Notes under the pieces: generated by a model
Told to the model about the DNA's origin: nothing
What the model saw: only the letters and a program-made list of their open reading frames with translations
Database searches by the model: none
Translations under genes and position numbers: made by a program
Shown here: piece by piece, positions 58,079 to 64,000 of the stretch
Numbering within the stretch: position 1 is the first letter of the stretch
Layout of the letters: every line of letters starts with the position of its first letter
Origin: Clostridia bacterium
GTDB lineage: Bacteria; Bacillota; Clostridia; Christensenellales; UBA1242
Reading direction: 5' to 3'
NCBI GenBank assembly: GCA_045588915.1
Contig: JAZNFA010000003.1
Span: forward strand, 45,407-109,406
Length of the DNA stretch: 64,000 nucleotides

Positions 58079-58909
58079 TTATTTAGTTTCTTCTTTTTCA
58101 AAGAAAGCTAAACCGACACAATTTGGTCCACCGTGCGCACCAACAATCGGGCCAATTTCACGTTTTTCAGTAAATTCAAAATTGAAAACTTTTTTAAAAT
58201 CTTCGGCTTTTTCGCTATTGTGAATGTGTCCATAATAAATTGGCATTGTTTCATCCACATTTTTTGTAAAACGTAGCATACTACGTTTCGCTAAATTATA
58301 ACCAATACCTTTTCCCACCATTTGTAATTTTTTATTTACCACACTAATAATTGGTTTCAAATGTAAAGTATCAGCTAACAAGCCTTTCACAAAACTAATG
58401 CGTCCACCTTTGACTAAATACTTGGTAGTATCAGCAATAAAATAGATACGCACACGTTCACGTAATTTTTCCAGAGTAGTGGTCAACTCGGCCAAAGTGA
58501 CACCTTTTTGGATTAACTTCCGTGCTTCCATAACTAACGCATAATAAGCCAACGTAAAAGTTTGCGAATCAAAAATTACCAATTTGTCCGAATTTAATTC
58601 AGTCGCAGCTTGTGTCAAACTGTTAAAAGTACCGGACAAGCCACTGGAAACTGACATTACAAAAACTTCATCACCAGCATCTAACAAAGGTTTAATCACT
58701 TGAATGTAATCATTCGCATTGATTTGCATCGTCTTTGGTGCTGTCTTTGTTTTTGGTAACAAATCATAAAAAGTATCATTGTCTAAATTTTCGCCAGCTA
58801 AATACTCTTGTTCATCAATCATCATTCGCATCGGCATTGAAATGAAACCCAATTCCTTTGCTTCTGCTGAACCAACTTCACAAGTGCAGTCTACAATCAA
58901 TCTAATCAT
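58079..58909 (-). CDS. DegV family fatty-acid-binding protein
   Basis: 276 aa, DegV-like throughout. It has its own extended -10 (TGaTATGAT) 5 nt before the ATG. Confidence 0.85.
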   Translation of the reverse strand: MIRLIVDCTCEVGSAEAKELGFISMPMRMMIDEQEYLAGENLDNDTFYDLLPKTKTAPKTMQINANDYIQVIKPLLDAGDEVFVMSVSSGLSGTFNSLTQAATELNSDKLVIFDSQTFTLAYYALVMEARKLIQKGVTLAELTTTLEKLRERVRIYFIADTTKYLVKGGRISFVKGLLADTLHLKPIISVVNKKLQMVGKGIGYNLAKRSMLRFTKNVDETMPIYYGHIHNSEKAEDFKKVFNFEFTEKREIGPIVGAHGGPNCVGLAFFEKEETK

Positions 58910-58965
58910 AACTAATCATATCACGATTAGAAACAAATATGCTAACAAAAATTACAAAAAACTTG

Positions 58966-59919
58966 TTAATTTACTCGAATTGCGCCGTTATCGCACTTAT
59001 TTCCCCAAGAATCAATCAATTTATTATCACGATATACACACATAATCTCGCAGTGGTTCGCACATTTTGGACATTCAAAGCCTTTCGTCTTGAAATCCAA
59101 ACCAGTAATATTGAAATCAAAATCACGTTCAATACCTGATTTTTGCGCCAAAATTGCAACACCAAATGCACCCATCAAGTGTCCGTTTGAATCCACAGTA
59201 ACTTCACAACCAACAGCATCTTCAAAGGCTTTTTTGACACCGATATTTTTACTTACACCACCTTGAAAGACGATTGGCGCTTTTACACGTTTACCTTTTC
59301 CGACGTTATTTAAGTAGTTCGTTACCACAGCTTTACATAAACCAGCAATAATATCTTCTTTTTTGTGTCCCATTTGTGCTTTGTGAACCAAGTCACTTTC
59401 GGCAAAAACAGTACAACGTGCTGCAATATTCGTTGGTTGCTTACTGGTTAAAGCAATTGAACCAAATTCTTCGACCGAAACCCCCAAACGATGCGCTTGA
59501 CTGCTCAAAAAAGAACCTGTTCCAGCAGCACAAAGTGTATTCATCGCATAATCGACAACATAACCATTTTCGATAATGATAATTTTACTATCTTGACCAC
59601 CAATTTCAAAAATTGTATTAACATCAGGGTATAGGGTAGTTGTGCCAATTGCGTGTGCTGTAATTTCATTTTTAACTACGCTCGCGTTAGTTACAGCACC
59701 AATCAATTTACGTGCACTTCCCGTTGTTCCGACCGAAACGACCTTAATGTCTTTGCCTTTGATTTGTTTTTCCAAAGATTTCAACAAACGTTTCACAGCG
59801 TTCATCGGATCGCCTTCCGTCCATAAGTAATCACTAGCCACAATTTTTTTGTCGCTATCAACCACCACACCTTTTGTCGAAATCGAACCAATATCAATTC
59901 CAATATAACCTTTTTTCAT
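58966..59919 (-). CDS. BcrAD/BadFG-type ATPase (acyl-CoA dehydratase activase-like) with a Cys-rich C-terminal tail
   Basis: MKKGYIGIDIGSISTKGVV, cluster-ligand contexts LCAAGTGSF and RCTVFAESD, tail CPKCANHCEIMC. Confidence 0.8.
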   Translation of the reverse strand: MKKGYIGIDIGSISTKGVVVDSDKKIVASDYLWTEGDPMNAVKRLLKSLEKQIKGKDIKVVSVGTTGSARKLIGAVTNASVVKNEITAHAIGTTTLYPDVNTIFEIGGQDSKIIIIENGYVVDYAMNTLCAAGTGSFLSSQAHRLGVSVEEFGSIALTSKQPTNIAARCTVFAESDLVHKAQMGHKKEDIIAGLCKAVVTNYLNNVGKGKRVKAPIVFQGGVSKNIGVKKAFEDAVGCEVTVDSNGHLMGAFGVAILAQKSGIERDFDFNITGLDFKTKGFECPKCANHCEIMCVYRDNKLIDSWGNKCDNGAIRVN

Positions 59920-61007
59920 TATTTATCTCCTTTTGTTGTATTTTTACGAGCAATAACCATATCATAAAATGCTTCTAACCGAGTTTTGATACCTGTTTCG
60001 CTGGTTTGCGAGTCAAAACTAAAATTCAAAATCGGAATGCGATAGTCATTACTAATATTTTGTAAAATTGGCATCGCATCAATTTCCGGAGTACAACCAA
60101 AAGCTTTGACTTGAATTACACCGTCCATACCTTGATGCACATAAGATAACGCTTCGGCAATCGTGAAAGTTGCCGTTGCACCAGGGTTAAACTTCGCATA
60201 TTTTTTCGCAAAGCGATGACGTTTTTTCCATTGATTGTTAATCAACGTATTCGTTAAATTCATATCACGGAAAACTTCCATTCCCATTGCTGCCAACTCT
60301 TTTTCCATATAATAATTACTAAACGGTTCTTGCACTGTATAATAATCACCAACCATACCAACTTTCAAAGTTTTTGCTGGCTTATTGACGGGAATTTTTT
60401 TCATACGGCGCAAAAAGTCTTTTTTGACACGTTTTAACTGTTTACCATTCTCAATGGTAGCCAATGCTGCCAAAAATTCCTTTTGCAAAGCTTCAAAATC
60501 GCCATCATTAACTTCAAAACCAATATTATGACGTAAGTAATCATCAAATTGGTCAATCAACTTAATCATATTGATCATCGTTGGTAAAGCTGCGACCACT
60601 TTCGTAACAGAAACATTCGGGTTAATCATTTTCATATGTTCCATAATGGAACGTGGGGAAGTCCATTTAATTTCGGCCATATTCATAAATTGGAACTTGT
60701 AACCCATATCACTGAGAATTTGTGCGGCCAATTCACCATAATAATTCAAACGACAAGCACCAAAAATCTGCATCAAACAATTTGCACCTTGTTCCAAAGC
60801 TTCAATGTAACAACCTAAACAATACTTGAAAGGTACACAGACATAATCTGGACTATGACGACTGCCTAATTCTAAGGTTCGACGAGTAATTGGTGGTGGC
60901 GTTTGGTACTTCACACCGAACCCACGTTCAATCAAAAACTTAAAAGCGTAAGAATAATTACCCCATTGAGGGAAACAAGCAATAATTTCTTGATTTACTT
61001 CAGCCAT
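59919..61007 (-). CDS. activase-associated / 2-hydroxyacyl-CoA-dehydratase-related protein (362 aa)
   Basis: Resembles the C-terminal modules of large CoA-substrate-specific enzyme activase proteins (SPDYVCVPFKYCLG). Translationally coupled to its neighbours. Confidence 0.6.
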   Translation of the reverse strand: MAEVNQEIIACFPQWGNYSYAFKFLIERGFGVKYQTPPPITRRTLELGSRHSPDYVCVPFKYCLGCYIEALEQGANCLMQIFGACRLNYYGELAAQILSDMGYKFQFMNMAEIKWTSPRSIMEHMKMINPNVSVTKVVAALPTMINMIKLIDQFDDYLRHNIGFEVNDGDFEALQKEFLAALATIENGKQLKRVKKDFLRRMKKIPVNKPAKTLKVGMVGDYYTVQEPFSNYYMEKELAAMGMEVFRDMNLTNTLINNQWKKRHRFAKKYAKFNPGATATFTIAEALSYVHQGMDGVIQVKAFGCTPEIDAMPILQNISNDYRIPILNFSFDSQTSETGIKTRLEAFYDMVIARKNTTKGDK

Positions 61008-61920
61008 TTGCGTGCTCCTTTTTGAAATTTAAAATATCAACATAACTTTCCAAACGAGTTTCCAGACCAGCCGTTCCGTCTTGTGTGTCCATTGTTAAGA
61101 CCAAAATCGGCTTATCTTTCACTTTACGGGTAATCATTTCGTTCACCATACTGTCCGGTCCACACGGGAAAGTCGTTAAAATGACAATTCCGTCAACTTC
61201 ATCACGGTATTTAGCAATTGCACCCACCAAATGTTGGTTGTAACCCCACGGCAAAGTTGAACTTAACTCTTTAAAAGAATGAATACATTCATAAGCATCA
61301 AAATATTCAGCAATAATCGGTTCACAATTTAATTGACGCAAAGTCCTTAAAATCGGCTCACCGACAAACTTATCACCAATATTGTAAGCGTGTGCGACTA
61401 CCAAAACTTTATTTTTATTGGTTTCACGTAAAGTTTGGATTTGCGCTTGGCTACGGAACATCTCAAAATACTGTTGCGCTTGACGAGCTTTGGTATACGC
61501 ATCTTTGATTACAGCCGTTTTCAAACCTAAAAACTTACCCATTTTTTTGAAAGCTTTGTATTCAGCACGTGGTCCTTTTTTATAACAGTTATAAAACAAC
61601 AATTGAATATTTTTATCACGGAAAGTATTTCTTACTAAGTCAATTTGCGCTAAAAATTTAGTACACATCTGCGCACGATAACCAAATTCCACACGTGGCA
61701 CAAAAACATAATCGCATTTATCAAGCAACCAATCAATATGTCCCAATAAAATTTTGGTCGGTAAACACGCTTCATCAATGGCTAAATTTTCACCACGAGT
61801 TACAATATCTTTGGTTGTTACCGGACTTAACACATATTCTATCCCTGCTTGGTCAAAAAAAGTTGTCCAAAACTTTTCATACTTATAATAGAGCAGTGCT
61901 CTTGGAATCCCAATTTTCAT
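61000..61920 (-). CDS. activase-associated protein, DUF2229-like (306 aa)
   Basis: MKIGIPRALLYYKYEKFWTTFF...DEACLPTK, the typical N-terminus of this family. SD AAAGGAG precedes the ATG at 61920. The longer track ORF is probably spurious. Confidence 0.6.
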   Translation of the reverse strand: MKIGIPRALLYYKYEKFWTTFFDQAGIEYVLSPVTTKDIVTRGENLAIDEACLPTKILLGHIDWLLDKCDYVFVPRVEFGYRAQMCTKFLAQIDLVRNTFRDKNIQLLFYNCYKKGPRAEYKAFKKMGKFLGLKTAVIKDAYTKARQAQQYFEMFRSQAQIQTLRETNKNKVLVVAHAYNIGDKFVGEPILRTLRQLNCEPIIAEYFDAYECIHSFKELSSTLPWGYNQHLVGAIAKYRDEVDGIVILTTFPCGPDSMVNEMITRKVKDKPILVLTMDTQDGTAGLETRLESYVDILNFKKEHANG

Positions 61921-61943
61921 AATTACTCCTTTGTTTGATTTAC

Positions 61944-62798
61944 TTATTTTGCAAAGAACGCTACGCCTAAAGCATTTGGTCCAACGTGAGTTCCAATTGT
62001 ACTTCCGTAAGGATAAACTGGAATGTCTTTCATATCTTGTACGTGTTCTTGCCATAAAGATGCGCTATCTTCTAAATATTTACGCAAATACTCATCACGA
62101 TAACCCGAGAAAACCAAACCATAAGGCATCTCAAAATCAATACCACCACATTTTTGCACAAGTTGCATCAAAAGATTGTTACTTTTTTTGCTTCCCATTG
62201 CTTTGCCAGCCATTTTTACTTCGCCCCCAATAACCGAAATTACTGGCTTAATTGACAATAATTCACCAGCAAAAGCTGTCAAAGTCGAAATACGACCACC
62301 TTTACGTAAATATTTCAAAGTATCAACAATCGCAATTACTTGTACTTTATGTTTAATTGACTCTAATTCGGTTGCCACTTGTTCGGCTGTCTTACCTTCG
62401 CCAATCAAACGCAAAGCATAATCGCATAAAATGCGTTCGCCAGTTGCCGCTGTTAAACTGTCAACCACAAAGACTTGACCAGGAAACTTTTTTGCTGCTG
62501 CTTTCGCACTATTAAAAGTTCCCGATAATTTGGAAGAAATCGTAATTGCGACAACTTGGTCACCATTTGCAGTTAATTTTTCGAATTGCTCCGTCCAACG
62601 ATATTCGTTAATTTGACTGGTTTTTGGTAATTCCGTACTTTCGGTCAATTTGTCTAAAAATTCTTGTGGCAGCAAATTAACACCATCTAAATAAACATCT
62701 TCACCAAAACGAACTTCTAATGGAATCATAGTTATTCCTTTGTTTTTTGCTTCTTCTTCACAAATGTCCGAAGCACTATCAATTAAAATTTTAATCAT
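61944..62798 (-). CDS. DegV family fatty-acid-binding protein
   Basis: MIKILIDSASDI.... SD GGAGG. Overlaps the marR-like gene by 8 nt. Confidence 0.85.
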   Translation of the reverse strand: MIKILIDSASDICEEEAKNKGITMIPLEVRFGEDVYLDGVNLLPQEFLDKLTESTELPKTSQINEYRWTEQFEKLTANGDQVVAITISSKLSGTFNSAKAAAKKFPGQVFVVDSLTAATGERILCDYALRLIGEGKTAEQVATELESIKHKVQVIAIVDTLKYLRKGGRISTLTAFAGELLSIKPVISVIGGEVKMAGKAMGSKKSNNLLMQLVQKCGGIDFEMPYGLVFSGYRDEYLRKYLEDSASLWQEHVQDMKDIPVYPYGSTIGTHVGPNALGVAFFAK

Positions 62799-63252
62799 TT
62801 TTACCTCCATAATTTTCACAAATTGCTGTTAAATTGTTCGAAACTGTAGTTAATGACTTATAAAAAATCTCACGTTCAGCATCATTGATGCCATCGCCAC
62901 CCATCGCTAACATATGATTGATTTTTTCCGTCACAATCCCAGCATTGTCTTTGCCGTGAGTTGTTAATTTAATCGGATTACGGTATTTTTGTTCACTTTT
63001 TTCATCAACATAAACTAAGTTTTTTTCCATCAATTCCTTAATGGTACGCGACATCGCACCTTTATCTTCATCACATAAGTCACAAAGTTGCGTTAAACTT
63101 GCACCTTCTGGCAATTTATGCAAAAAAAATAAGCATTGTACTTGTTTGCCTTTCAAACCTAATTCAGCCACCTCGCTGTTTTTAATTTTTTGAATACAAC
63201 GCGAAATGTTCAAAATTAAACCTGTAAAAAGTTGATACCTTTCTTCCATCAT
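62791..63252 (-). CDS. MarR family transcriptional regulator
   Basis: 153 aa winged HTH (LTQLCDLCDEDKGAMSRTIKELMEKNLV). Promoter TTGACA-17-TATCAT lies upstream. Confidence 0.8.
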   Translation of the reverse strand: MMEERYQLFTGLILNISRCIQKIKNSEVAELGLKGKQVQCLFFLHKLPEGASLTQLCDLCDEDKGAMSRTIKELMEKNLVYVDEKSEQKYRNPIKLTTHGKDNAGIVTEKINHMLAMGGDGINDAEREIFYKSLTTVSNNLTAICENYGGKND

Positions 63253-63330
63253 ATCACCCTAAATAATGATATGCAGAATTTGTTGTCGTGTCAACGATTA
63301 TTCTATAAATTTTACAAAATACATAAAAAA

Positions 63331-63365
63331 AAATCCCTATCAAGAATGATAAGGATTCTTTTTGA
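63331..63365 (-). terminator. intrinsic terminator after tRNA-Ala
   Basis: Minus strand: GAATCCTTATC-attctt-GATAGGGATT followed by T9. Confidence 0.6.
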
Positions 63366-63369
63366 ACAA

Positions 63370-63446
63370 TGGTGGAGGTGAGCGGATTCGAACCGCTGAC
63401 CCCCTGCTTGCAGGGCAGGTGCTCCGACCAGCTGAGCTACACCCCC
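63370..63446 (-). tRNA. tRNA-Ala (anticodon UGC) with C at position 33
   Basis: Hand-folded. Acceptor GGGGGTG/CACCTCC, giving the G3:U70 Ala identity pair. Anticodon arm CCTGC-CCTGCAA-GCAGG. T arm AGCGG-TTCGAAT-CCGCT. CCA is encoded. Confidence 0.8.
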
Positions 63447-63524
63447 AAGTTCTAAAAATATTTTAAAAAACTTCTAGCCTTTTGTCAAGTACTATGTTAT
63501 AATTATTTTTGTAACCAAAAAAAC

Positions 63525-63580
63525 GCACCGCTAGCTCAGCTGGATAGAGCGTCTGTCTACGGATTACAAGGTCTGGTGTT
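63525..63580 (+). pseudogene. truncated, decayed copy of tRNA-Arg(ACG), 5' two-thirds only
   Basis: Positions 1-38 match the intact gene at 63703 except for one acceptor base (GCACCGC vs GCATCGC). After the anticodon loop the similarity decays (TTACAAGGTCTGGTGTT vs ACAGAAGGTCGAGCGTT). There is no T arm or 3' acceptor. Confidence 0.7.
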
Positions 63581-63702
63581 AAAAACATAGTGAATCCTAT
63601 GGTTTTTCAGGGGTTTTCAATGGGATAGAAAGTTTTGTATAAAAAATATATAAAAAAATGTAGCCATTTTAAAAAAATTATGTTATATTAAAATATAATT
63701 AT

Positions 63703-63779
63703 GCATCGCTAGCTCAGCTGGATAGAGCGTCTGTCTACGGAACAGAAGGTCGAGCGTTCGAATCGCCCGCGATGCACCA
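63703..63779 (+). tRNA. tRNA-Arg (anticodon ACG)
   Basis: Acceptor GCATCGC/GCGATGC. Anticodon arm TCTGT-CTACGGA-ACAGA. T loop TTCGAAT (the stem has one A-C mismatch). CCA is encoded. Confidence 0.88.
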
Positions 63780-63796
63780 AATCAGTAATTTTAATA

Positions 63797-63831
63797 AAAA
63801 AAAGACAAGTTGTGAAAACTTGCCTTTTTAT
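63797..63831. terminator. bidirectional terminator (tRNA-Arg / right-edge gene)
   Basis: CAAGTT-gtgaa-AACTTG core flanked by A8 and a T-rich run. Confidence 0.55.
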
Positions 63832-63834
63832 TTT

Positions 63835-64000
63835 TTAAAAAATATCAATACCTTCAATCGGGATATCTTTATCTTCTAAAATATGATCGAGTATTTCTTC
63901 ACCATTTTTCACATTCATATACGCATAATCTAAACACTTTATGTCATTATACAAATGTGTTTTCATTTCAATTTTTCCGTGCTGCTTACCAACTTCACTA
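63835..64000 (-). CDS. hypothetical protein, C-terminal fragment (gene enters from the right edge)
   Basis: Minus-strand frame ...SEVGKQHGKIEMKTHLYNDIKCLDYAYMNVKNGEEILDHILEDKDIPIEGIDIF ends at TAA (63837-63835). Confidence 0.4.
   Translation of the reverse strand, partial: SEVGKQHGKIEMKTHLYNDIKCLDYAYMNVKNGEEILDHILEDKDIPIEGIDIF

Noticed and set aside
63525-63702. An intron-containing (group I) tRNA-Arg whose 3' exon lies downstream
   Set aside because: No matching 3' half (anticodon-stem 3' strand, T arm, GCGGTGC acceptor) exists between the fragment and the intact gene. The intervening 122 bp is too short and too AT-rich for a group I intron.
1-64000. CRISPR arrays, IS elements or transposases, prophage genes, and known defence systems (RM, BREX, CBASS, retrons and others)
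   Set aside because: No direct-repeat/spacer periodicity, terminal inverted repeats, transposase, integrase or reverse-transcriptase motifs, or recognisable defence-gene signatures were seen in any listed ORF. The alkaline-phosphatase-family protein at 56104 is far too short, and too isolated, to be a BREX PglZ.

Overview
AT-rich bacterial chromosomal segment. By eye it is roughly 35-40% GC, uses the standard code, and is compact. The gene content looks like a low-GC Firmicutes-type organism.

Core content includes:
- translation genes: fusA-rpsG-rpsL, rplJ-rplL, rpmG-secE-nusG, gltX, pth, tilS, tsaB/tsaE
- proteostasis genes: tig-clpP-clpX
- replication, repair and segregation genes: recA, recJ, recF, mfd, mutM, dnaX, ybaB, parB-parA
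- envelope genes: murB, a MurF-like ligase, a PBP5-like carboxypeptidase, lspA
- a SpoIVB-type sporulation protease, a potABCD transporter and three DegV paralogs

Most genes, including all ribosomal-protein genes, are on the minus strand. The window therefore probably lies on one replichore with the origin to the right.

Features that ordinary annotation does not explain:
1. A tandem array of five diverged paralogs (36.8-41.9 kb) of a family I cannot place. It sits next to a tRNA-Leu whose encoded anticodon is AAG.
2. An 875-bp gene-free AT-rich region upstream of parB. It carries four identical copies of a 16-bp palindrome that is a symmetric variant of parS.
3. A dnaX gene split into a gamma-like ORF and a separate C-terminal ORF.
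4. Three orphan genes (one HicB-like) sitting where rpoB-rpoC normally lie between rplL and rpsL.
5. A self-promoted operon of four small soluble proteins.
6. A MarR-DegV-activase cluster.
7. A recurrent promoter geometry, TTGACA-N18-TATAAT-N5-8-ATG with no Shine-Dalgarno, that implies many leaderless mRNAs.

All calls rest on reading the provided ORF translations and the DNA by eye. No database search was possible. Family names come from remembered motifs, and several start codons were re-picked from SD or promoter context.
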